From Octopus sinensis (Eukaryota), in assembly GCF_006345805.1 (NCBI RefSeq), contig NW_021823753.1, positions 1 to 21,851 on the forward strand: a DNA stretch of 21,851 nucleotides. The letters are read 5' to 3'. The notes under the pieces are model-generated. The model made no database searches and was not told the origin of the DNA. It saw only the letters and a list, made by a program, of their open reading frames with translations. A program made the translations under genes and the position numbers. Position 1 is the first letter of the stretch. Every line of letters begins with the position of its first letter. This document shows positions 1-10,671 of this stretch, piece by piece.

Positions 1-88
1 GCAGTTGTTTAATCCTCGTCAGCCATACTTGATATCTCTATCTAATTCTCCATCTAATACATGGTTTCTAATCGTTCCTGGTCTCCCT

Positions 89-168
89 TATATATATATA
101 TGATATATATAATATAATATATATTATATATATTATATATATATATATATATAGATATATATATATAT

Positions 169-199
<31 letters not shown>

Positions 200-245
200 T
201 ATTGTGTGTGTGTGTGTGTGTGGTGTGTGTGTGTGTGTGTGTGTG
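89..245. repeat. Compound microsatellite (TA)n-(TAGA)n-(TG)n
   Basis: Direct reading of simple repeats. Confidence 0.95.
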
Positions 246-270
246 GTTTGTTTATGTTCACGAAATATAG

Positions 271-365
271 CAGTTCGGCAAAACTAATCGATAGAATGAC
301 TACCATAGTTGGTAAAGAATAAGTACTGCGGTCGATTTGTTTTTTCTAAACCTTTCAAGACGCTG
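271..365 (+). mobile_element. Degenerate SINE body fragment
   Basis: ttcggcaaaactaatcgatagaatgactacc...aaagaataagtactgcggtcgatttg resembles the central/3' part of a cephalopod SINE family as I recall it; no head visible. Confidence 0.4.
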
Positions 366-554
366 TCCTCAATAAATAAAGCAACGAAAGATTAAAAGAA
401 AATATATATATATATATAAAATAGAGAGAAAGAGAGAAAGACTAGCCAGTATATAGCTAGTACTACAAAATAGACATCCTAACCAAAAGAAGTACATGAA
501 AAATACGAAAACATGCTGAAGAAATGCAATTAATCTTACTGTTACCATCAATAG

Positions 555-697
555 GAGGCGATTTCACATGGTTAAGACATAAACAGAAAAAGCCGTTAAG
601 GTTCAGTCACTCGATTCCTGAATCTCTAAAGACTAAGATCAAAGAGAACTACTTCCAATATTCTAAGTGTCGAGACAGTGGAAATGATAGGCAGGAA
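555..697 (+). CDS. Putative host coding exon (phase 1-0), product unknown: (G)[47 protein letters not shown]
   Basis: Unique sequence, open frame (track ORF 524-736), acceptor ...ttactgttaccatcaatag at 553-554, strong donor GAA|GTGAGT at 698. No homolog recognised. Confidence 0.5.
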
Positions 698-779
698 GTG
701 AGTGTTTCTATAGCAACAAATATAATGGTTGCATAATTATCAGGAAAAAAAAACTCCTAGGTTTGTTTGAATTGACATA

Positions 780-851
780 TATGCGTACGCGGGCGCGCAA
801 ATGTGTGTGTGTGCGTGCGTATGATGTTGTGCGCATGTGTGTATGTGCATG

Positions 852-910
<59 letters not shown>

Positions 911-1161
911 ACATATATAAGCATATTATATATACACACATACACACATACATATATATGCATATATATATATACATATATATACATATATATATATGCA
1001 TATACATACATGTATATGCATGTGTATGTTTAAATCATATATACAGATCGGTATCTCCCACTCTCTCATGCGCGAATACATGTACTATGTGTAGGTGTGT
1101 GTATATATCTACATATTATGTGTGTATATACATGTATATATATATGTACACTCAACACCAC

Positions 1162-1231
<70 letters not shown>

Positions 1232-1360
1232 TATATATAATTATATATGTGTGTGTGTGTATATATAAATATATACTAACACGAAAGATGTCTGTCTCTT
1301 TCAAGAGAAGTTTTCAAAGAGTGGCTTAATTAGAGATATTTGTGTGTGTGTGTGTGTGTG
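780..1360. repeat. Long compound (TA)n/(TG)n/(CA)n microsatellite tract
   Basis: Direct reading; explains the YI/VC-repeat ORFs in the track. Confidence 0.95.
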
Positions 1361-1398
1361 ATTAAAAATATATAGTCAACAATACAGCCAAGGGATAG

Positions 1399-1482
1399 GA
1401 CGAAGATTTCAATAAATTTTTCTACAAAATAGAATTAAATGAAAAAGGAAAAACAGTTGTTTACCACCATGGGAAAAATTGT
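1399..1482 (+). CDS. Possible small host exon (phase 0-0): DEDFNKFFYKIELNEKGKTVVYHHGKNC
   Basis: 84 nt open frame between TAG (1396-1398) and donor GTAAGT (1483); phase compatible with 555-697. The acceptor lacks a polypyrimidine tract. Confidence 0.25.
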
Positions 1483-1544
1483 GTAAGTAAAAATTTAATT
1501 TCTTATTTTCTTTATAACTTTTGCAGACTCTCTGGGGAGTAAAG

Positions 1545-1881
1545 GAGTAAAGTACCCCTTCAGTCATGAATAACCATTGGATTGCACGTCGAAAGTTCCC
1601 CTCCTAGGCACAAGTCCTAGAATTGTTGTTTGTGGAAGACCAGCAGTCGCCTACGCATACCAGCTTCCCATTTCCACGGCACCGATGTTGTCCAAAAGGC
1701 AAAGGTTGATAAAGCTTGGTACCAGTGACGTCGCAACTCATTTCTAGAGATGAGTGAATTGGAACAGCGTGAAATAAAATGTCTTGCTCAAGAAGACAAC
1801 TCACAGCCGGATCCGGAAAACAAACTTGCAATCTCATGATTGTAATTTCGACGCTCTAACCACTGAGCCATGCGCTTTCAC
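1545..1881 (-). mobile_element. tRNA-derived SINE (family B here), diverged full-length copy
   Basis: Minus-strand head gtgaaagcgcatggctcagtggttagagcgtcg (A box TGGCTCAGTGG); colinear with the copy at 3558-3899. Confidence 0.85.
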
Positions 1882-2450
1882 TAGGTTCTCTGAGACAAAT
1901 GAAATTAATGCTGTTTTATTGCGTTTAAATTGTCGCAAGTCGATACACACAAGTAAGACATAAGCGAGAAAGGAATTCCTGGAGACCGACGATCCAAGGA
2001 AGAAGGAAGTGGTATGTGGTTAGTGCTGAAGCTTGTAGGAATGGACATTGAATGTGCTGTGAAAGGACGAGATACGAGTGAATCGGTAGTGAGAGTATTA
2101 GAAATTGGGAAATACCGATATTTAGTGCGAAGAGTATAACTTATTAAGTAACTTTGATAGAGTTTTTAGGTTTGAATGATAACAGTGTATAGAAAATAAA
2201 AATATTGTACATAAAACAATAGCGATAATGGATTATATATATTTTTTCCTTTTGTTTCCTTCGTACCATCAGAAAATAAACCTCTTACGATCGCATTTGT
2301 AAAAGCAAGCAAGAATAATTATATAGCATGCTGTTTGATAACACAGGTTAAAATTATACGGAATTAGAACATAGTAAATGTAATATCTTAACTTACAATT
2401 TCAATAAAGACGGATTTATGTAAATGTGTTTGTGAGAATTTACATAGATA

Positions 2451-2588
2451 TCGTGTTTTACGCTGTCGATTGAATACTGTGGAGCAAAATGTATTTTGAA
2501 AAATGTACTTACGTAGTTTCGTGTTTGACGAAGTCGATTGGAATAATAGGCCATAGGCATGTTCGTGTATTACGCTGTCAATTGAATA
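2451..2588 (+). repeat. Three degenerate ~26-bp direct repeats, consensus TCGTGTTTTACGCTGTCGATTGAATA
   Basis: Copies at 2451-2476, 2519-2545, 2563-2588. Confidence 0.6.
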
Positions 2589-3557
2589 TATCCTGAAGAG
2601 ACAAACGTATAAACTTTTCGTCAGTAAACAGAAAATCAAGTTATGTACATGTTTTTAAACTGCTGAAAATTCTTCAGGAGATAACGAGCCAAGAGCGAAT
2701 TTGGCTGCAAGCGAAAACTAAGCATCGTGAGCAAAGTAAAATGCGAACATTTACTCGTGGCTATGTACGATAGTAAAAAGAGGAACCCGTCGTGTGTTCT
2801 CTTTAATGCGCAGTCCTCCGTCGGTTTTGACGACGAGCATTCAGTTGTTTAATCAACTAAATGTCTTACTCATTAAATTAACAGGCAAGTGGTTGAGTAT
2901 TCCATAGACGCGTGTACATAATTCTCTTAGCATAATTCTCAGACAGAATTAGTTTGATTTAGTATGTGACGCGGCTGGAACCTTAAAGTAGAGATATAAT
3001 CCACCAGGCACGATTCCACTCGAAATCGCTGTAAAATCGAACCTGAAGCCTCATAAGTACGAATGGAACTTTTTAACCATTCAACCAAGCATGTCTGCGT
3101 CCAAGCAGTTGGCTTACTCTTTAGCTAGGAAAAAAAGCTGCCAGTGTACAAGATTTTTAGTGGATAATATGACACATGTGACCAAGCAGTGAAACTAGAC
3201 TATCTTCTGCATTATGTTGTAAGACATGTAAAAAGAAAGAAGAAAAAAAGAACAAATATTATTAAGGATATTACTTTAAATTAAGTCATTTTATTTGATT
3301 AATTGAAATAGAAGAATTAATTTATTGAGAGCTTAAAAATTTATAATTAAAGATATAAAGGAAGCGGTTAAAGATTAAACATTTGGACGAAATAGTAAAA
3401 AAAGAAGTTTAATCTAATATATTTGTGTGAATTGATTTGGTCAGAACATGTGCGAATGATTTCGAAGAGAAACAAATGCTTAATAACGAATCTCGATGCA
3501 TGCAAGTGAAACAGCATTAAATTAAAATAGTCACTTGTATACAATACATAACATATA

Positions 3558-3899
3558 AGGGTAAAGACCCCCTTCGGTCATGAATGACCATGGGATTGCA
3601 CCTAGAAAGTTACCCTCCTAGACACAAGTCCGGGCAAGGTTGTTTATGGAAGGCCAGCAGGCGCCCATGCATACCAGCCTCCCCTCTCCACGCCACCAGT
3701 GTTATCCAAGGGAAAGACAAAGGTCGATACAGCTTGGCACCTGTGACGTCGCAATTCATTTCTACAGCTGAGTGAACTGGAGCAACGTGAAATAAAGTGC
3801 CTCGCTCGAGAACACAACACGCAGCCCGGTCCGGGATTCGAGCTCACAACCTCACGATCGTAAGCTCGACGCTCTAACCACTGAGCCATGCGCCTTCAC
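3558..3899 (-). mobile_element. tRNA-derived SINE (family B), near full length
   Basis: Minus strand: A box TGGCTCAGTGG, B box-like GCTCGAATCC, central tgtgttctcgagcgaggcactttatttcacgttgctccagttcactcagctg resembling conserved SINE central domains (CORE/V/Meta-like; exact type not assigned). Confidence 0.9.
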
Positions 3900-4582
3900 T
3901 ACTGAGCCATGCGCTTGACATATACACGCAGTTCAAAGGCATGATGTTTTTGTCTGCGAGAAAATTTCTTCATTGGTAAGTTACGTCAGAAACACAATAT
4001 ATAATGAGAACAAGACGAACACCGCCCTAGCAGGGGCTTACGTGAACATCAGATGCGTTCCGACCTTCCTGGGCGTGGTTAATGGCGAGTACTTGCCAGT
4101 TACATGCCTTAACGAATTTTGCTCCTTCGTATACATAGGAAAAATCTGATAATGCATTCGCTGAAATTGCCGAAAATTGCTGGACTGTAACAAACTTGGT
4201 TTACGCAATTAAAACAACATTTAATTAAAATAGCTATCTGTGTACCAACACAATGTATATACACAATTGAAATACATGTTGCTGTGGATTTTGTTTTCAA
4301 GAAAATCTCTTCATAGGCATGTGTTAGAAACAATATATGTAGGACCGAGACGAATATCGTAACAGTAGTGACTCATGAAAACGCCAGACGTATTTCAGCC
4401 TTCTTGTGCTAAAATTAATAATTGATATGAATTAAATTCGATACATATATTTGTTATAATGATTAGAAACCAAAGACAATTGAATTAGGGATAATTGATA
4501 AAAGAAGTATAATAAATTCTGGTCAAACAGCAGGGATTATTTTAAATCTACACAACAAATCAGATAAATAACCCTTTCCAGT

Positions 4583-5110
4583 AAAAGCACAAGGCCTGAA
4601 ATTTAGAGGGAGGAGACTAGTCGATTGCATCAACTTCAGTGTTTTCACAGGTATTCAGTTCATTGACTCTGATATGTTCAATGTCGACGGAATTTGAAGT
4701 CAGAACGTAGCGGCAAACAAAATGCCGCGAAGCATTTCGCCTGGCGTACTAACGTTTCTTATTTCTTTACTGCCCACAAGCGGCTACACACAAGGGAGAC
4801 AAACAAGGACAGACAAACGGATTATATTGACTCCAGTGCATAACTGGTACTTATTTAATCAACCTCGAAAGGATGAAAGGCAAAGTCGACGTCGGCGGAA
4901 TTTGAACTTAGATCGTAGCGGCAGACGAAATACCTATTTCTTTACTACCTACAAGAGGCTAAACGCAGAGAGGACAAACAAGGACAGACAAACGGATTAA
5001 GTCGATTATATCGACCCCAGTGCGTAACTGGTACTTAATTTATCGACCCCGAAATGATGAAAGGCAAAGTCGATCTCGGCGGAATTTGAACTCAGAACGT
5101 AACGGCAGAC
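4583..5110 (-). mobile_element. Cluster of three family-A SINE units (about 4583-4760, 4761-4933, 4934-5110)
   Basis: Reverse complements of the 6177 SINE: gaaaggatgaaaggcaaagtcgac, ggcggaatttgaactcagaacgt, cttgtgggcagtaaagaaat. Confidence 0.85.
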
Positions 5111-5481
5111 GTTCATTAAATTAATTTTTTGCCAAGTTCACCAAAATTCCTGACTTTTAACTCTCTTCTAGATTACAAATTTTTATGTTCCCTATAAATA
5201 AATCCTTAATATTTCAATTATCTAATCCAAAGTAAACCCCTTAATCACATTATTTTTTGTTTTAGTTTGTTTGGGTTTTTTGTTGCTTTTTTTTCTATAT
5301 GGTTTTTGTATTTATCCTCTCCGTTGTTACGCAGTCTCCCAGATCTCTTTTAATACCTTAATAAAATTATATCCCTTGCATTAAGATAATTCTTTCCCTC
5401 ATGGGAGTGGATTAACCGATTACATGATCCCAGTACTTGACTGATATTCATTTTATCGAATCAGAAAGGATGAAAGGTCTT

Positions 5482-5580
5482 GTGTGTATGTGTGTGTGCG
5501 TATGTGTGTGCATGTGTGTATGTGTGTGCGCGTGTGTATGCTCGTGTGCATGTGTGTGTGTTTGCGTGATTGTGTGTGTA
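5482..5580. repeat. Imperfect (TG)n microsatellite
   Basis: Direct reading. Confidence 0.9.
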
Positions 5581-6007
5581 AGCAGGCTTCTTCTTTCTCC
5601 TCGTCCTCCTCCGCCGCCGCCTAAACCCTTTTCTTTCTCTAAGGAGCTTAGGCCTTCGACGACTTTTTCCAATGTTTTCGACTTTGGGCTGCCTGCTCTG
5701 CTTCTCACCAGTTGGACCCCTTCATTTTGCTTCATTGCTTCATATCTTTCTCTAAAGAGGGGCCTACTTCTCCTAGATCTTGTCGGTTTAAATTGTTATC
5801 GTGGCTTCAGTAACTTTGCTTCTTTTTTGTTTTTCCTAGATAGAGGTTTTAGCCCTACACAAACACATTTTGACCCCTTGGCCTCTATCCTTTGACCTGA
5901 CCAACACGGGGAGGGCTAGCATAGCTCACTGGCTCATAGAGGCACATAAGCCACCTTACCGCAACAAGGGCTGAACCTCATGGTGATTCTAACCTGAGAG
6001 GATAACT

Positions 6008-6150
6008 TAGTGGATTACACGACCTATGTACTTAACTGGTACTTTATTATTCCCATTACGAACAGATAAAGGGCAAAATTGACTTCTGTTGGACTTGAAA
6101 TCAGAGAGTAAGGAGTCGCAAAGCGTTTCGTCCGATGCTCTAACAGTTTT
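6008..6150 (-). mobile_element. Highly degenerate family-A SINE
   Basis: ttaactggtactttatt, aaagggcaaaattgac, tttcgtccgatgctctaac match the family-A reverse complement loosely. Confidence 0.5.
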
Positions 6151-6176
6151 GTCAATATTTGTTTTAATTTTGTTTC

Positions 6177-6768
6177 TGAAGGCGGCGAGCTGGCAGAATC
6201 GTTAGCACGCCGGGCGAAATGCTCAGCAGTATTTCGTCTGCCGCTACGTTCTGAGTTCAAATTCGAGGTCTACTTTGCCTTTCATCCTTTCGGGGTCGAT
6301 TAAATAAGTACCAGTTACGCACTCGGGTCGATGTAATCGACTTAATCCCTTTGTCTGTCCTTGTTTGTCCCCTCTGTGTTTAGCCCCTTGTAGGTAGTAA
6401 AGAAATAGGTATTTCGTCTGCCGTTACGTTCTAAGTTCAAATTCCGCCGAGGTCGACTTTGCCTTTCATCCTTTCGGGGTCGATTAAATAAGTACCAGTT
6501 ACGCACTGGGGTCGATGTAATCGACTTAATCCCTTTGTCTGTCCTTGTTTGTCCCCTTTGTGTTTAGCCCCTTGTGGGCAATAAAAAATATGTATTTTGT
6601 ATGTCTTTATGTTCTGAGTTCAAATTCCGCCGTGGTCGACTTTGCTTTTCATCCTTTCGGGGCCAATAAATTAAGTATCAGTTGCCAGTTGCGTACTGAG
6701 GTCGATCTAATCGACTGCCCCACTTCCCAAAACTTTCGGGGCTTGTGCGTAGAGTAGAAAAGAATATT
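6177..6768 (+). mobile_element. Family-A tRNA-derived SINE followed by two headless tandem units (6177-6407, 6408-6590, 6591-6768)
   Basis: Head ggcggcgagctggcagaatcgttagc, B box-like gagttcaaattc, body ctttgcctttcatcctttcggggtcgat repeated three times. Confidence 0.9.
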
Positions 6769-6774
6769 TGTTTC

Positions 6775-7190
6775 TGACATAGGCACATGTCCTGAAAATT
6801 TTAAGTGGAGGAGTTTAGCCTATGAGATTTGCCCCTGTAATTAACTGCTATTATATTTTATCAGACCTGGTGTGAGGAATGGCCAAGTTGACTTCGGTAG
6901 GTTTGAACTAAGGACGTACAGAGTCAGAACAGATACTGTAATGCGACGCTCTAACAATTCCAGCAATCGTGTATCTAATACTATTTGTTTCAAATTTGGG
7001 CACAAGTCCAGAAACTTTAGGGGCAGAGCAGATAATTCGATTATTCCGACCCAGTACTCAACTGGTGCTTTATTTTATTAACTCCTCCGAAAAAAATAAT
7101 GGCGATGTCGACATTGGCAGCGTTTTAACTCAGAACGTAACGAGCTGGAAGAAATGACGCATTTTTCTTTATACGCTAACGAGTCCTCTA
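6775..7190 (-). mobile_element. Two old, degenerate family-A SINE copies
   Basis: ggcacatgtcctgaaaatttt / gggcacaagtccagaaacttt 3' ends, caactggtgctttattt, aactcagaacgtaac, gctctaacaattcc. Confidence 0.55.
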
Positions 7191-7649
7191 ACTAGCTACC
7201 TTCGTGTGTTTAATAATACTAAAAAGATGATGTGTCTAGGTCTGTCACGCGAGGAAATCGATCCCGAGACCTCATGATAAGAAAGTAAAAGTCCAATGCA
7301 ATCGACTAATACCTAAGGCCTGCATTACCTATAGAGGAGCAAAGAGCATAAGTTTTTGCTTTTCCCAATAGCATTGCGTAGTATGAGTGATGTATTTGAT
7401 CAGCTTTAATTTTTTTTTTGTTTTGTTCTGAAACTTCTGCAATATTGAACGCATTGTTCATTATTTATAAAAGACTAATTAGTGTTCAAACTTAGCGAGA
7501 GGCTATTAAAAAGGCCACGATAATCGCAAATTACTGTCAAATTAGAATTTTAATTGAGAATTAATATTTACAACACAATAAGAAATTCAAGTTTATTAGG
7601 TGGATTTTTTTTTTGCTTCATAAAAGCAATTAATTCTCTCATGCTATGG

Positions 7650-7651
7650 TG

Positions 7652-7708
<57 letters not shown>

Positions 7709-7797
7709 CGTATATACATAAACATACATGATGTATAGGTACAGTGTGTATAAATTAAATGTGTGTGTGTGTGGTGTGTGTGTGTGTGTGTGTGTAT
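7650..7797. repeat. (TA)n and (TG)n microsatellites
   Basis: Direct reading. Confidence 0.9.
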
Positions 7798-8136
7798 TCG
7801 GTACTTTGCCATCTGCCTTTAGTTGAAGGACATGCTCGAATGTACCACCAAACTGTTTCTATTCCTGACAGCACTCATGCAGAGCACTTCGGCACTCAAA
7901 ACGACTGACAGATATAGAGTGACGGAAATATAGAGATATTGACAAATTGTGTTTAAAAACTTTTTTTAACTTGCAAGCTATTACATCTCCTTTTTTTTTT
8001 TTTTTTTGTTAAATGCTCCAAATTTAATTAGAATGTCCGCCCGTTGCTGAAATAAATATTTTTTTTTTATAATTTACTAAACTACTAAGTATGCGCAAGG
8101 TTGTGAGGAACACAATGCACAGGAAAATCTATTTAC

Positions 8137-8182
<46 letters not shown>

Positions 8183-8241
8183 GATACATACATACATACA
8201 TACATACATACATACATAACACACAAATAATAGTTGTTATT

Positions 8242-8274
<33 letters not shown>

Positions 8275-8291
8275 GCTGCTGCTGCTGCTGC

Positions 8292-8328
<37 letters not shown>

Positions 8329-8380
8329 GCTGCTGCTGCTGCTGCTGTTGTTGTTGTTGTTGTTGTTGTTATTATTATTA
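8137..8380. repeat. Compound microsatellite (TAGA)n-(TACA)n-(GTT)n/(GCT)n-(ATT)n
   Basis: Direct reading; source of the poly-L and poly-N/S ORFs. Confidence 0.95.
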
Positions 8381-8450
8381 TCTTCTTTCAATTCTGTTTT
8401 CATTTCTTGCCGAGTGTCTTCCTGGCACCTAGCGCAGAGAAACGTCCTGT
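8381..8450 (-). mobile_element. Possible 3' terminus of an R4/Dong-like element abutting the (AAT)/(AAC)n tract
   Basis: Minus strand ctaggtgccaggaagacactcggcaagaaatgaaaacagaattgaaagaagat runs into aat/aac repeats, downstream of the RLE C-terminal fragment. Dong-type elements are known to target TAA repeats. Family recognition is from memory. Confidence 0.35.
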
Positions 8451-8603
8451 AAACATTGGTAGGCCATTAAAACAAGCACACCGGATTGTGCATTTACAGA
8501 GTCATGTGACAGAGAAAAGGGGGAAGACAGAGAGAAAGAGGAAAAAATAGAAAAAATAGAAAAGTAAACAAATAAAGGGGGAAAAGGGAAAGAAAATTTA
8601 CCT

Positions 8604-8820
8604 GTGATGTACCAGTTAAGACAATCTATTGTACTTCCGGTATGGATGGTAAGCCAGGGATCATTCTTAAATAATTTTCAGTTCCTTTTTTGATCATACA
8701 ATTACTGGTAGTCTAAACGTCTTGAGACGCCATATCTTTTCGATTTCGCTTAGCAGATCTTTATATTTTCTGAGCTTATCAAATTCTTTTGCCGGGACAT
8801 TATGGTCACAGGGTATACAG
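8604..8820 (-). pseudogene. C-terminal restriction-like endonuclease end of an R4/Dong-clade non-LTR retrotransposon
   Basis: Manual translation IPCDHNVPAKEFDKLRKYKDLLSEIEKIWRLKTFRLPVI/MIKKGTENYLRMIPGLPSIPEVQ*IVLTGTS fits the P.D....KE..K..KY.DL..EI...W...PV....G motif of R4-type RLE ends; one deletion/frameshift and one stop. Confidence 0.75.
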
Positions 8821-9045
8821 CTTTGTTCCTTTTATCCCTTACTGATTGTTTAATTCGGTTAATCTCTAATTCAGTTAGTAATTTCATTTTGATAATGTTT
8901 CTTCTGACGTTGGCAAGTTTGTTACTGTAGAGTCTTACTTCAAGGTGTTTCTGTCTCCCGTTTAAGTAGGTTTGTACAGTATTAGATTTATTTGTGGGGA
9001 AATATATGGCATGATAGAAGACGGTAAGAACTTCTTTATTATAAG
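8821..9045 (-). pseudogene. N-terminal Myb-like region of a second R4/Dong-like family
   Basis: YNKEVLTVFYHAIYFPT...SNKLANVRRNIIKMKLLTELEINRIKQSV parallels the R4 N-terminal pattern (..QRL..Q.R.I.KN.WL...EL..IK). Confidence 0.55.
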
Positions 9046-9125
9046 ATAAGTCGATTGTCCTGGATGTGAACGATAACAAAGGCAGTGCTTTTAGACTGGT
9101 CGCAGTGTACGCATCGACTAGAGCA
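9046..9125 (+). pseudogene. Short L1/Tx1-type AP-endonuclease fragment
   Basis: Plus-strand translation DKSIVLDVNDNKGSAFRLVAVYAST matches the APE motif (VLDV...FRLVAVYAP). Confidence 0.6.
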
Positions 9126-9945
9126 TTCCTAACCCTGCCTGGATTCTTCTTTTCCACCATGGATCTATTCTTTAGCCACTCCCATTATGTTTCTTTTTCT
9201 TGACATCAACACCCACGTTTTCTACTACAATATTTGTGGCCTTGATCAAATTATTTGTTTCTGTGATGTTTTTTGTCCTGATGTATTTCAGAATTTCATT
9301 GACATATTTCGTTTCTTGGTTCAATTTCCATCGATCAACTATTTTAAGGTTGCAAATAATGTCGCTATCGTTCTCCTGTAGTCTTACCTTTATTCTGCTG
9401 TAGATTGCCTTTTGTTCATCTGTCATGTCGCCATAAGTTTTACTGTCTTCTTTTAGATCATCTATATGTCTCTCATCAAGTAAACTACCACTGCTCCTTT
9501 CCTGTGCTATGAGATTACACTTATTAGTAAGAACTCTTTTTTCTTTGTTATCTCTGCTGCTATTTTCCATGACCCGTCTTTTGATAGCTTCCAACGCTCC
9601 TTCGGTGGACCAACAATTTTTTCTTATTGCTCTAGCTTGATTACATAGTCTTTGTCCCGTTAGTTGAAACAATCCCTTTTCTCTCCAATGAGCATACATA
9701 CGTTGTCGGTAACCCCTAATTTGAGCACCATTTTCCTCTACCGAGCTGCTCAGATAGTAACCCTCCTTGACCACAGCATTAATTTGCTTGCTCCATCTAC
9801 GCCGAGTGTGGTGGTACATTTCTGGATATCGACAGGCTGGAGCCAGACTAGAATCTCTGAGCCTACCGAGTGTAACACTGTCACTATCATTGGCTTCAGT
9901 TTCATTACTACCGTTATTCACAATATTTTGTTTTTTCATTGTCAC
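9126..9945 (-). pseudogene. N-terminal portion of an R4/Dong-clade non-LTR ORF (Myb-like domain), truncated before RT
   Basis: Track ORF 9172-9945: RRRWSKQIN...EGYYLS...RGYRQRMYAHWREKGLFQLTGQRLCNQARAIRKNCWS; continues in frame after a stop as RIDPWWKRRIQ (PWWKRR motif). Confidence 0.8.
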
Positions 9946-10568
9946 TTATATGAGGTAGCGATTATCAGGTTGCGCATTTACCAGTGTTTTTATTGTGACA
10001 CTATCACTAGATGTATCATTATTAATCAGCCCATTAGGCTTCACCAGTTTCCTTTCTTTATCATTATTATTATTATTATCATCACTGATATCACTGATAT
10101 TATTGTTTTTATGTATAGTAGCAGCAGTGGTTGCAGAAACAGCAACAGTAGTAGGGGTAGGGATAGTGGTAAGGGTGGTAGATGGGCCTCAGATTCCTGT
10201 GCTATCATAATAGTAGTAGTTGTAGTATTATTATTGTAGTATTAGTAGAATTTAGCATTAGCAGCTGCAGCATATTATTATTTCTTAAATTTGTATCGTT
10301 ATCACCATCACCACCACAACCATTGTTTGGGGAACTAGTTGGGTAGCAGTTTGGTAAATAGATCATATCCTACAGGTATATAAATAGACTCGGCAGATGG
10401 TGGGGAGGTCAGCCATAGAAACAAAGGGATTTTCGACCCTTTGGGCCAGCAGAGGTAAAAGTGTGTTTACTACTACCAGTGGCCACAGACCACAAAGAGC
10501 GCAGCTTTGAAAAGAAGAAATTCAACTTGTTCTATTTGTAATTACTGGTAGAAAAAACACTAATAATA

Positions 10569-10570
<2 letters not shown>

Positions 10571-10605
<35 letters not shown>

Positions 10606-10630
10606 TATATATATATATATATATATATAT
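10571..10630. repeat. (TA)n microsatellite
   Basis: Direct reading. Confidence 0.95.
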
Positions 10631-10671
10631 AACCTGAAGATTGCATAATTTAATGCATGAAAGTACTAGTT
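10631..10671 (+). ncRNA. Minimal type I hammerhead ribozyme (PLE-type, palindromic stem III)
   Basis: AAC CTGAAGA T TGCAT aattta ATGCA T GAA AGTACT A GTT: core CUGAAGA and GAAA, 5-bp stem II, self-complementary AGUACU stem III, CUA triplet, 3-bp stem I AAC/GUU. Confidence 0.8.

Noticed and set aside
708-1329. ORFs of 76-188 aa rich in YI/VC repeats
   Set aside because: Translations of (TA)n/(TG)n microsatellites.
1483-1545. Strong acceptor ttttgcag at 1526 after donor 1483
   Set aside because: Implied intron is only 44 nt and the downstream sequence runs into a SINE within about 20 nt.
1950-2010. Possible exon ending GTG|GTATGT
   Set aside because: No convincing acceptor; no recognisable peptide.
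2592-2635. CTGAAGA GAC...GTC hammerhead-like start
   Set aside because: No GAAA core after stem II and no stem I/III pairing.
3810-3899. tRNA gene
   Set aside because: A and B boxes are present but it is the head of a SINE with body and tail; no proper acceptor stem.
8077-8452. Poly-L and poly-N/S ORFs
   Set aside because: Trinucleotide microsatellite translation.
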